NCBI GenBank assembly: GCA_963796455.1
Contig: CAWCLO010000001.1
Location: 480,001-544,000, forward strand
Reading direction: 5' to 3'
DNA length: 64,000 nucleotides
Origin: Candidatus Sulfomarinibacteraceae bacterium
Lineage (GTDB): Bacteria > Acidobacteriota > Thermoanaerobaculia > Thermoanaerobaculales > Sulfomarinibacteraceae
Part shown: in pieces, positions 9,082-18,055 of the stretch
How the letters are laid out: every line of letters begins with the position of its first letter
How positions within the stretch are numbered: position 1 is the stretch's first letter
Position numbers and translations under genes: made by a program
The notes under the pieces: generated by a model
What the model was told of the DNA's origin: nothing
Database searches by the model: none
The model's input: only the letters and a program-made list of their open reading frames with translations

Positions 9082-11229
9082 TTGCCACCAGATCGTTTCG
9101 AATCACGAGCGCAGTCATTGCGCCGCGCCACAACCCTTGCGGTGACGGCCTTTTTGCTCGTATGGCCGGTCAGCGCCGAGGCATATATCGGCCCCGGCGC
9201 GGGCTTTGCCGTGCTCGGATCCTTCGCCGTCTTGTTCGTCACGATGCTTCTCGCAGGAATTTCACTGCTCGCGTGGCCTTTCCGCATGTTGTGGCGAATG
9301 ATCCGGCGACGGAGTCGAAGCAAAGCTCTGGTCAGGCGCCTGATCGTCGTCGGCTTTGATGGCCAGGATCCACGCATCACCGAAGATCTGATGGCGCGTG
9401 GAAAGATGCCGAATTTCTCCAAGCTCGCGGAGACCGGCGGTTACAGCCGCCTGCGATCGACCTTCCCGTCGATCACACCGGTTGCCTGGTCCTCGTTCAC
9501 CACCGGCACCAATCCAGGAAAACACAACATCTTCGATTTTTTGGATCGCGACCCGCGAACCTATCTTCCGCGGCTGTCGTCGACCGAAATTTCGTCGCCA
9601 CACCGCGTTCTCAAACTGGGAAAGTTCCGCATCCCCCTTGCCAAACCCGGCATCCGGTTGCTGCGAAAATCGAAACCGTTCTGGACAATTCTCGGCGAAC
9701 ACAATATCTGGAGCACGGTGATCCGGGTTCCGATCACCTTCCCGCCAGACGTCTTCTACGGTGCTCAGCTCGGCGCGATGTGCATCCCGGATCTGCTCGG
9801 GACTCAAGGCACGTTTATGTTCTTTACGACCCGCACCGGCGTGGAAGCGTTTCAGGAGGGTGGGCTGAGATTCACTCTGAGCCCGAACGGCTCCGAAAAC
9901 TCCTTTTCGGGAACGATTGCGGGCCCTGAGAACAGCTTTCTCGAGGGCAACCCACCCATGACCCTCCCGCTCGCCATCGACGTCGATCGCGACGCCGACC
10001 GTGCACAGGTTTCGGTTGACGGCAAGAGCTTGGACCTCGAACCGATGGTGCTCAGCGATTGGGTCAAACTCGAGTTCTCGGCAATCGCCGGAATGAAGGT
10101 CACCGGGATCTGCCGCATGATGATCACCGAGATGGGCGAACACGTCTCGCTCTATCTCTCACCGATCAACATCGAGCCTGAAAAACCGGTGATGCCGATT
10201 TCGCATCCGGGCTACTACTGTTCCTATCTCGAGAAAAAACTGGGATCCTACGCCACCCTCGGGCTGGCCGAAGACACCTGGGCCCTCAACGAAAAAATCA
10301 CCGACGACAAGACATTCATGACGCAGACCACCGACATCGACCGGGAGCGCGAGACCATGTTCTTCACCGCTCTCGATAGGTTGCGAAAGGGAATGTTGGT
10401 CACGGTCTTCGACGCAACCGACCGCGTCAATCACATGTTTTGGCGCTACCGGGAAGACGGCCATCCGGCTGCTGCAGGAATCGAAGCGCCCGAGTACGGC
10501 GATGCCATCGAGCAGCAGTACATCCGGAACGACGAGATCGTAGGAAGGGTCATGCAGCGCCTCGGCGAAGGGGACGTCCTGTGGGTGATGTCCGACCACG
10601 GTTGCACCTCGTTTCGCCGCGGGGTCAACCTCAACGCGTGGTTCCTGGAGAACGGCTATCTCGCACTCAAAGAGGGTGTCGACGCTTCGCAACCGTGGCT
10701 GCAGTCGGTCGATTGGTCACGCACCCGGGCCTACGCCGTTGGTCTGGTCGGTGTGTTCCTCAACATCAAAGGTCGAGAAGCTCAGGGGATTGTCACCGCG
10801 GGCAAGGAGGCAGATGAACTCAAATCCGAGCTCAAACAGAAACTCGATGGCCTCGCCGACAACGAAACCGGCGACGTGGCCATCAACGAGGTCTTCGACA
10901 CCGATCTGCTCTATCGCGGCCCCTACAAGGGCAACGCGCCGGATCTTCTCGTCGGCTACAACCACGGTTATCGGATCTCCTGGGATTGTGCGAGCGGCGT
11001 TGCGGCCGGCCCATTGTTCGAAGACAACACGAAGGCATGGAGCGGTGATCACATCGTCGATCCGAGGCTTGTACCGGGGATCCTTCTCGCCAACCACAAG
11101 ATCGACCGGAAGGACCCGGCCATCATCGATCTCGCACCAACCGCGCTGAGTCTTTTCGGCCTCAAACCGGCTCCTCATATGGAGGGAAGCCCGGTGGTCG
11201 AGATGAGCCGCTTCGGCGGCAAAGGATAG
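9082..11229 (+). CDS. Alkaline-phosphatase superfamily (type I phosphodiesterase/nucleotide pyrophosphatase-like) protein with N-terminal signal and TM segment
   Basis: VVGFDG, TPVAWSSFTTGTNPGKHNIFDF, DRVNHMFW, MSDHG and WSGDH motifs; TTG start after an AGGAG RBS. Confidence 0.85.
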   Translation: MPPDRFESRAQSLRRATTLAVTAFLLVWPVSAEAYIGPGAGFAVLGSFAVLFVTMLLAGISLLAWPFRMLWRMIRRRSRSKALVRRLIVVGFDGQDPRITEDLMARGKMPNFSKLAETGGYSRLRSTFPSITPVAWSSFTTGTNPGKHNIFDFLDRDPRTYLPRLSSTEISSPHRVLKLGKFRIPLAKPGIRLLRKSKPFWTILGEHNIWSTVIRVPITFPPDVFYGAQLGAMCIPDLLGTQGTFMFFTTRTGVEAFQEGGLRFTLSPNGSENSFSGTIAGPENSFLEGNPPMTLPLAIDVDRDADRAQVSVDGKSLDLEPMVLSDWVKLEFSAIAGMKVTGICRMMITEMGEHVSLYLSPINIEPEKPVMPISHPGYYCSYLEKKLGSYATLGLAEDTWALNEKITDDKTFMTQTTDIDRERETMFFTALDRLRKGMLVTVFDATDRVNHMFWRYREDGHPAAAGIEAPEYGDAIEQQYIRNDEIVGRVMQRLGEGDVLWVMSDHGCTSFRRGVNLNAWFLENGYLALKEGVDASQPWLQSVDWSRTRAYAVGLVGVFLNIKGREAQGIVTAGKEADELKSELKQKLDGLADNETGDVAINEVFDTDLLYRGPYKGNAPDLLVGYNHGYRISWDCASGVAAGPLFEDNTKAWSGDHIVDPRLVPGILLANHKIDRKDPAIIDLAPTALSLFGLKPAPHMEGSPVVEMSRFGGKG

Positions 11230-11238
11230 GGGGAAATC

Positions 11239-11433
11239 ATGTTTGCATACACCAAAGTCAAACTCGAAAAAAGCTTGATCGAGAGGGTGCGCCGTTTTTC
11301 TGATATCGCCGGCTACTCCTCGCCAGAGGAGTTCATCACCCACGCCTTGGAGAAGGAGCTTGCCCAACTCGAGGACGCCGACTCCGAGGAGGAGATCAAG
11401 AAACGTCTCCAGGGCCTCGGTTATATGTCGTGA
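11239..11433 (+). CDS. Small protein (64 aa), ribbon-helix-helix-like N-terminus and EEIKKRLQGLGY tail
   Basis: GGGGGA RBS; fills the gap in the operon. Confidence 0.7.
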   Translation: MFAYTKVKLEKSLIERVRRFSDIAGYSSPEEFITHALEKELAQLEDADSEEEIKKRLQGLGYMS

Positions 11434-11452
11434 ACGAAGCACACTGACACCA

Positions 11453-12295
11453 ATGACCGTCTTGAATGATCTGCTGCGTCCGATATTCGATTGGCTGCAA
11501 CGCCCGCTCGAGGGTCTGCCGCCGATCGTCGGCGTCTTGATCTGGTCCATCCCGGTAGGTGTCTTCGCTCTCTGGGTATTTGGCAAGACATCGAATCAGG
11601 AGCGAATTGCACAGGTCAAGCGGCGCATCCACGCCGGGCTCTTCGAGATCCGGCTCTTCAACGACGACCTTGGCGCCATCATGAGGGCCCAGGGAGAGAT
11701 CCTGCGCCACGTTGTTCACTATCAGGCCCTGGCGCTCAAACCGATGATCTTCATCCTTCCGCCGCTGGTTCTGGTGATGGTTCAGCTGCACCAGTTTTAC
11801 GGATTTTCGGGGCTCCGTCCCGGTGATTCGACCCAACTGACGGTCGCACTCGATCAAGATGCCGTGAAACCGGGGCTCCGACCGGAGGTGAGCCTCGACC
11901 TCCCTCAGGGTCTGCGGGCCGAGACAGAGGCCATCTGGGCGCCGGCCCTGGCCGAATTCAGTTGGCGCCTGGCGGCCGACGAATCGGGAGAATATGACAT
12001 CCAGATCGTGATCGACGGCATCCCCTACTCCAAAAATTTGGCGGTGATCGACAAGGTCAAACGATTGTCGCCTGAAAGGCCGCCCCGAGGATTTGTGGAT
12101 CAGCTCGAGTGGCCCTCTGAAGCGCCGCTCGAAAACGAGGCCGCTGTGCGGTCGATCACCGTGGCATACCCCGAAGCGACGATGAATCTCCTGGTTTGGA
12201 GCTGGCAATGGAGCTTCGCCTGGATGGTGGCATTTTTTCTGCTGACGATGGTGGTGGCACTCTTGTTGCGAAAACCAATGGACGTCGAGCTCTGA
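11453..12295 (+). CDS. Membrane protein, DUF106/EMC3/TMCO1-like with a soluble insertion
   Basis: TM1, then a coiled segment, then KPMIFILPP-TM2, a soluble region and a C-terminal W..FF TM3. Confidence 0.55.
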   Translation: MTVLNDLLRPIFDWLQRPLEGLPPIVGVLIWSIPVGVFALWVFGKTSNQERIAQVKRRIHAGLFEIRLFNDDLGAIMRAQGEILRHVVHYQALALKPMIFILPPLVLVMVQLHQFYGFSGLRPGDSTQLTVALDQDAVKPGLRPEVSLDLPQGLRAETEAIWAPALAEFSWRLAADESGEYDIQIVIDGIPYSKNLAVIDKVKRLSPERPPRGFVDQLEWPSEAPLENEAAVRSITVAYPEATMNLLVWSWQWSFAWMVAFFLLTMVVALLLRKPMDVEL

Positions 12296-12308
12296 TCGGA
12301 TTCAGGAG

Positions 12309-13226
12309 ATGAAGGATAGATCCACGATTCTTGGCGCGGCGCTGATCTGCCTCTCGGCGGCCCTGTGGGGCCTCGATGGCGTCGTCCTCACCCCGAGGCT
12401 CGCCAACCTGCCGGTGGCCTTTGTCGTCTTCCTCCTGCACGTCGTGCCCTTTGTCTTGATGCAGCCCTTCCTCCATCGGAGCTACGGACGCCTGCGCCAG
12501 ATGGATGCCCGCGGCTGGTCGGCCCTCGCCCTGGTGTCGTTGACGGGCGGGCTGATCGGCACCCTCGCCATCGTCAAAGCACTTTTCCTCGTTGATTTCA
12601 ATCAACTCAGCGTCGTCGTTTTGTTGCAGAAGTTGCAGCCGGTGTTTGCCATCGTTCTTGCGGCCATCCTGCTCAAGGAACGCATCAGCTTTCGCTTTCT
12701 GGCCTCGGCGGTGGTCGCCATCATCGGTGCCTATCTCCTCACTTTTGGCTTCACGGCGCCGGATGGCGCGGCCGATGCGATCACGCTCCGGGCGGCCTTT
12801 TGGGCGGTGGTGGCCGCCGCTGCCTTCGGCTCGGCAACCGTACTCGGGAAATGGCTCCTGGGTTCGCTGGATTTCAAAGACGCGACGTTTGCCCGCTATG
12901 GAATGACTTCGTTCATGGCGCTTGGCGTGCTCGTGGTCGGCGGTTTCGGCCTCCCCTTCAACATGATCACGAACACCAACTGGATCGTGATCCTGATCAT
13001 CTCGCTGACTACCGGCAGTGGGGCCATCTTCCTTTATTACTACGGTCTCACCCGGGTCCGGGCCAGTGTCGCCACGATCTGCGAGCTCTGTCTTCCGCTG
13101 AGCGCGGTCCTTTTCGACTACCTCGTCAACGGCTCGGTTCTCGGCCCCTGGCAGTGGGCTGGTGCGGCGCTTCTTGTCGGGGCGATCCTGCACATCACCA
13201 CCCGCGTCGAGTCCGACCCAACCTGA
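12309..13226 (+). CDS. EamA/DMT family transporter
   Basis: About 10 TM segments in two repeats; QPVFAIVLAAILLKER. Confidence 0.9.
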   Translation: MKDRSTILGAALICLSAALWGLDGVVLTPRLANLPVAFVVFLLHVVPFVLMQPFLHRSYGRLRQMDARGWSALALVSLTGGLIGTLAIVKALFLVDFNQLSVVVLLQKLQPVFAIVLAAILLKERISFRFLASAVVAIIGAYLLTFGFTAPDGAADAITLRAAFWAVVAAAAFGSATVLGKWLLGSLDFKDATFARYGMTSFMALGVLVVGGFGLPFNMITNTNWIVILIISLTTGSGAIFLYYYGLTRVRASVATICELCLPLSAVLFDYLVNGSVLGPWQWAGAALLVGAILHITTRVESDPT

Positions 13227-13278
13227 AGCAAAACTCTCGAGACCCGAACTCCGAAATTCCTCATTCCTGATTTCCAAT

Positions 13279-13730
13279 ATCTGTCGTCAAAGGCGGAGTC
13301 TCGGACATCGTTCAGGGACAGCGACGGGGATCGGCAGACAGCGACAGCGAACAGGAGTCAGTGGCAGCATTCAGTCATCACAGGCTGTCTTCGGCGACAG
13401 CGTTCAGGCTGGCTGTTCTGGAGATCTGAAATCATGACTTTGGGTTGACTACCCCTTCTGTTGAACGACCCGGAGGTGGCCACATCGTCGCCTGTACTCC
13501 TGACCGCTGCCCTGAACACTGATCGCTGTTCTCTGTCGCTGTCCCTGTTCGCTGTTGCCTGTCGCTGACGCTGGACACTGTCGCTGACGCTGCAATTCGG
13601 GCACGGGCATGGACGCGGACGCGGACGCGGGCGCGGGGCAATCGCCACCCGGATATCCGAAAAACCAACCCGTAAACCACGTGTTGTCAGGTGGGCAACT
13701 TCAATTGACGATTTGTTCTGGACAGCAGTG
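13279..13730. mobile_element. TIR element copy 1 (internal deletion, ORF-less)
   Basis: Degenerate left TIR, right TIR CTGGACAGCAGTG, intact 32-nt core and retained ORF tail (NPKS*). Flanked by AT on both sides within an (ATTCCTN)n array. Confidence 0.8.
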
Positions 13731-13742
13731 ATTCCTTATTCC

Positions 13743-14711
13743 TCATCTAAAAGACCCCGGTTTTTGTGGAAACATCCTGGGGAGATCCGCCTCGACGCCG
13801 TAGTGCATCAGCGCGGTGACGCATTTCAGTGTCACCCAGCGCGAGGGGCCGATAGCTCGACAGGTGGAATCACCCGGCAGTGTGGCTGGTACAGGTACCC
13901 GACGGCGCCATCGGGCACCCACGATCTGGCGGTGCTGCAGCCTCGCCAGCGCCGCGGTCATCGACGGAAGGAGGGGCGCTTGAATCTGAGCCAGCACATT
14001 GAGGATCTCGGCAAAATCGGTACGACCGAGACATGGATGTCCCAGCCGCGCCAAGGCGCCCCTCGGAGGATCCAGCGTCCGGTCGATGCTCGCCAGGGCG
14101 CGCTCAAATAACCGGGCCCGTCGTTTTTCACCACAGGACTCGATCGCGCCGAGGACGGCAACCGCGGTCACCGGACACTCTTCATCCTTCCGACCCGCAG
14201 CCCGCCATCCACCTCGGTTCGCAGGTGGTGCGCCTTCCTCGAGCCAGGCCAAAGCCTCCTGGAACCTGGGGTGATGGCACCAACCAAGCCCGGCGAGCGC
14301 TTGTAACGCACGTGCGGTCAACAGAGGATCGGCCCGAACACCCTCAATTCGAGGAAAACCGCTCACATCTCGACCGTGTTCCAGCAGGCGCTCCGCCGCC
14401 GCCTGAAGCCGCGGATCGGTGGGATCAGCGCCCCACTGAACCGCCGCCACCAGCCGCCAGCCGAGACCGGAGTAGGTCTTCCAGACCGCCAACTGAGCGA
14501 TTTCTTCTCCGCCAAAACCAAAATCCGCAATCAGGGAGGCGACCGGTTCCACCGCGTTGGCTCCCCCACGCGCGCGGGCGACCGCCGGCGAGGACGAAGG
14601 GCGGTGAAAGAGATCTGTCAACACCTTCCACTGCAGGTTGGGGTGGTTTTCGTCAAGGAGCCACGGCAGCGGATCGCCGCGCAGGCATTCCCACGCCTCG
14701 GATCGCGTCAA
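13743..14711 (-). CDS. Hypothetical protein, prenyltransferase/squalene-cyclase-like helical repeats
   Basis: PLPWLL..., ALAWL......GGW and PSRWVTL patterns. Confidence 0.55.
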   Translation of the reverse strand: MTRSEAWECLRGDPLPWLLDENHPNLQWKVLTDLFHRPSSSPAVARARGGANAVEPVASLIADFGFGGEEIAQLAVWKTYSGLGWRLVAAVQWGADPTDPRLQAAAERLLEHGRDVSGFPRIEGVRADPLLTARALQALAGLGWCHHPRFQEALAWLEEGAPPANRGGWRAAGRKDEECPVTAVAVLGAIESCGEKRRARLFERALASIDRTLDPPRGALARLGHPCLGRTDFAEILNVLAQIQAPLLPSMTAALARLQHRQIVGARWRRRVPVPATLPGDSTCRAIGPSRWVTLKCVTALMHYGVEADLPRMFPQKPGSFR

Positions 14712-14986
14712 ATCCGTCCCGCCCGGCGGAGAGACATTGTATGACGAAGCAAACGCGTAGCGCCTTCGATTCTTGAAATCCGGCGGTTTCTGGCCTGGAG
14801 GGCCGGCTGGTCTTCCAGATCAACCGCTGAAGCTCGAGTCTCGCGCAGCCGCTTGTCGAGTTCAAATTCAAGTTTGACCATCTGATCCAAACTCATCCGT
14901 TTGAGGGAGACCTGGTTGAGCAAGGTGTACCCGTCGCAGACCTGTTTCGCCATCGCCGGCGCCGATCCGCCCTGATATGTCCCCAT
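14708..14986 (-). CDS. Small conserved hypothetical protein
   Basis: GGGAGG RBS before the ATG; 4-bp overlap with the next gene. Confidence 0.7.
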   Translation of the reverse strand: MGTYQGGSAPAMAKQVCDGYTLLNQVSLKRMSLDQMVKLEFELDKRLRETRASAVDLEDQPALQARNRRISRIEGATRLLRHTMSLRRAGRI

Positions 14987-15034
14987 CGTGACCTCCCATA
15001 CGGTCCGCACAGTGTAACCCGGCACCGATCACTC

Positions 15035-15125
15035 GATTTCGGATTTTGGATTTTGGATTTCCGGTCCTTAAGATCCCACCAACCCATTTTTGGAGAAACC
15101 GCAGGTCACGCAGATGAGCGCAGAT
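15035..15125. repeat. Heptamer array (GATTTTG)n followed by the 34-bp nonamer repeat
   Basis: GATTTCG GATTTTG GATTTTG GATTTCC; GGAGAAACCGCAGGTCACGCAGATGAGCGCAGAT. Confidence 0.8.
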
Positions 15126-15135
15126 AGACCAACCG

Positions 15136-15330
15136 TTGTGGTGTAGGGGTCTCGCCTGCACACCGTGCGGCCGAGACGGCCGCACCACAAAGGCCGGAGC
15201 CCGAAGAAGTGAATGCTGTTCGCTGTCCCGGCCGCTGATCACTGACGCTGATGACTGATTGCTGCCGCTGACTCCTGATCTCTGTCGCTGTCCCCGAACG
15301 CTGTCCGAGACATTGTCTTGAACAAGAGTG
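15136..15330. mobile_element. TIR element copy 2 (half copy: REP-like doublet, arm and one end)
   Basis: Ends in TTGAACAAGAGTG-AT and aligns with 42569-42828. Confidence 0.75.
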
Positions 15331-15338
15331 ATCGAGCG

Positions 15339-16475
15339 TCAGGGATTCAACGGACGCAATGCTCCATCCCTGAACTCGAGAACTTCGGATGCGCGGTAGG
15401 CGAGCTCCAGATCGGGGGTGATCCAGATCGCGGTCCTGCCGAGTGATGCGCGAACCACCGCCGCCCGCCAGTTTTCCCGATGAACGGCATTCACCCACGG
15501 CACCGGGTCGACCACCACCATCACGTGGTACTGGGACGGGATCACGCGGGCAACCAGCACCAACATCCGGTGGAATGAAGACATTGGGGCTCCATCTCCG
15601 GCAATCATTTGCTCTCCAAGGGCATCGGCGACTTCTGCCAGCGAGCACGCCTCATAAAGGGCAACCCGGGTCGAGCGATCGAGGGGCTCCGTACACAGGC
15701 TACCGAGATTGACCGCCAAATCTCCCTCCAAGAAGGGCTCACCCGGGGCAACCATGGCAACGAGCCGCGAGCCGTCGTCCATTGGTGCTCCATCAATGAT
15801 GATCTCACCGGAACGCGGCCGAACCCGGCCTGAAATTCCCGCCGCAAGCGCCTCGGAATCATCCGGATCGTCGCACAAGATGGCCACCGACTGGCCTGGT
15901 CGGAGCTCGAGGTCGATCGGCACCGTTCGCGGCAGCCCGTCCGCTCCGGAAAAAACGACGCTCTCGAGGCTCAGCGTGCCGCGAAGCTCGCGCAAGGGTG
16001 GAGCCGGAGCGATTTCAGTCGACAACGCTTCGACCCGTCCGCCCACCATCCTCCGCACAGCCATGAGGAGCACGCCCGGCGCCAGCCACCCACCGGATGA
16101 CGCCTCCACAAGCTTCGGTGCAAAAACGAAGACGAGACCCCAACCACCGATTGCCAGGAAGTCGGCCGCATCCGGTCCCCGCTTCGCAGGTCGGGGCACC
16201 GCCCACCTCATTGCTCCCGTGAGAGCGGCCAACAGGAACCAGCCCGCAGCCACTTCCCAACCTCCCGAGATTGCCAGATACGTCAGAGCCGACAGCGCCA
16301 CAGCAGCGCTCGACCAAGGTTCAACCGTCCGGTCGCGGCTGACGAAACCCTGCAGAACAATAATCACCACCACCACGAGCGGGGCCCAGGACGGCCACCA
16401 GACGGCGATCCATACCAACGACGCCCAGAGGGCGGCGTGGAGCCAGCCCACGGCTACTTTTTCCGGAGTTCCCAC
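15339..16475 (-). CDS. Membrane protein fused to a degenerate ABC-ATPase-like domain
   Basis: N-terminal TM segments, then an ABC-like scaffold (IDLELRPGQSVAI...P.SGEIIIDG...NL...VL.F.DG.L) lacking Walker A and the signature motif. Start codon uncertain. Confidence 0.6.
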   Translation of the reverse strand: MGTPEKVAVGWLHAALWASLVWIAVWWPSWAPLVVVVIIVLQGFVSRDRTVEPWSSAAVALSALTYLAISGGWEVAAGWFLLAALTGAMRWAVPRPAKRGPDAADFLAIGGWGLVFVFAPKLVEASSGGWLAPGVLLMAVRRMVGGRVEALSTEIAPAPPLRELRGTLSLESVVFSGADGLPRTVPIDLELRPGQSVAILCDDPDDSEALAAGISGRVRPRSGEIIIDGAPMDDGSRLVAMVAPGEPFLEGDLAVNLGSLCTEPLDRSTRVALYEACSLAEVADALGEQMIAGDGAPMSSFHRMLVLVARVIPSQYHVMVVVDPVPWVNAVHRENWRAAVVRASLGRTAIWITPDLELAYRASEVLEFRDGALRPLNP

Positions 16476-16649
16476 CTGATGATCATAGTCGCAATTTTTG
16501 AATGTGGCTTCGGTTCGAGCCGCCACAGCCCTCCAAAGCAGCGTTTGTTGCGATGGCCCCGATTCCCGACCGCGTTTCCGATAGCGATCAAAAGCGATGC
16601 CTCTGGCGCGATAACCGAGCAATTCTCCAGGTCCTTCTGCAAGCCAGGT

Positions 16650-17843
16650 ATGATGGCCCACATGCATGAACTCGACGGTCTGGATCTGTTCCGTTTCGAC
16701 GATGAACTGAGCGACGAGGAACGCATGGTGCGCAACACCGTGCGCGAGTGGGTGGACGACCGTATTCTGCCCCATATCGAGGAGTGGGCATGGGACTGCC
16801 GCTTTCCGCGAGAGCTGGTGGCGGAACTCGGTGCCCTCGATCTCCTGGGAGCCCCGTACAGCGAATTCGATCTGCCGGGGGTCAACAGTGTGACCTATGG
16901 GCTGATCAACCGTGAGCTCGAGCGGGGGGACTCCGGTCTCCGTTCCTTTGTCTCAGTGCAGACCTCACTTGTCATGTTTCCGATCCTCGAATGGGGCAGT
17001 GACGCCCAGAAAGAAACCTGGATCCCTGCCCTCGGACGCGGAGAAGCGATCGGTTGTTTTGGCCTCACCGAGCCTGATTTCGGCTCCAATCCCGGAGGCA
17101 TGCGGACGCGAGCTCAACGGGACGGGGATGACTGGATCCTCAACGGTGAAAAGGCGTGGATCACCAATGGTTCAATTGCCGACGTGGCGGTGGTGTGGGC
17201 ACGCACGGATGATGGTGTTCGCGGCTTTCTGGTGGATACGAAGACTCCCGGCTTTTCCACCTTCGAACACAAAGGAAAATACTCGCTGCGCGCATCGGTC
17301 ACATCGCAACTCGCTCTTTCCGACTGCCGGGTACCATTCGATGCCATCCTCCCCGGCACGAGCGGGCTCAAGGATCCCCTCTTGTGCCTCAATCAAGCGC
17401 GCTTCGGCATCGCATGGGGAGCTCTCGGCTCCGCGTTGGCGACCTTCTCGGCCGCTCTCGACTACGCCAAGAGCCGTATCCAGTTCGGCGGGCAACCCAT
17501 CGCGGCTCATCAGATCCAGCAGCAGAAGCTGGTCTGGATGTACTCGGAGATCGTCAAGGGTCACCTGCTCGCCCTCCAACTCGGGCGCCTCAAGGACAGC
17601 GGACGGCTGCGGCACGAAGCTGTCTCCCTCGCCAAGCGGAACAACGTCTGGGTGGGGCGGGAGTGCGCGAAGCTGGCGCGAGAGATTCACGGCGCCAACG
17701 GAATCGTCAACGAATATCCGATCATGCGCCATCTGATGAACATGGAAACGGTCTACACCTACGAAGGGACCCACGACATCCACACCCTCGTTCTCGGGCA
17801 GTACCTGACCGGAATCCCAGCCTTCGATCCGCCACGCGGATAG
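16650..17843 (+). CDS. Acyl-CoA dehydrogenase (glutaryl-CoA dehydrogenase-like)
   Basis: IGCFGLTEPDFGSNP, LNGEKAWITN, ELERGDSG and TYEGTHDIH motifs. Confidence 0.9.
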   Translation: MMAHMHELDGLDLFRFDDELSDEERMVRNTVREWVDDRILPHIEEWAWDCRFPRELVAELGALDLLGAPYSEFDLPGVNSVTYGLINRELERGDSGLRSFVSVQTSLVMFPILEWGSDAQKETWIPALGRGEAIGCFGLTEPDFGSNPGGMRTRAQRDGDDWILNGEKAWITNGSIADVAVVWARTDDGVRGFLVDTKTPGFSTFEHKGKYSLRASVTSQLALSDCRVPFDAILPGTSGLKDPLLCLNQARFGIAWGALGSALATFSAALDYAKSRIQFGGQPIAAHQIQQQKLVWMYSEIVKGHLLALQLGRLKDSGRLRHEAVSLAKRNNVWVGRECAKLAREIHGANGIVNEYPIMRHLMNMETVYTYEGTHDIHTLVLGQYLTGIPAFDPPRG

Positions 17844-17854
17844 TTTTACATTCG

Positions 17855-17870
17855 CGTGACAAATATCACT
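17855..17870. promoter_or_regulatory. CRP/FNR-like palindromic site
   Basis: CGTGA-CAAATA-TCACT compared with the TGTGA-N6-TCACA consensus. Confidence 0.35.
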
Positions 17871-17985
17871 CGGACAGCATAACTTTTTCGGCCTTTCTCC
17901 GTATAGCTGAGGGACACGGGCACAAGGAGAAGGCCCGATTTCGGAGCATTAATGTTCCTCACGACCTCTATCCAACTCCTCCTTC

Positions 17986-18015
17986 AGGCTCCTCCCCCGG
18001 GAGCCTATTTTTTTT
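17986..18015 (+). terminator. Rho-independent terminator
   Basis: AGGCTCC-N7-GGAGCCT followed by A and T8. Confidence 0.75.
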
Positions 18016-18055
18016 GTCCTGAGGCGGCGGATTCAACGCCTGTTATTCTCTGTTG

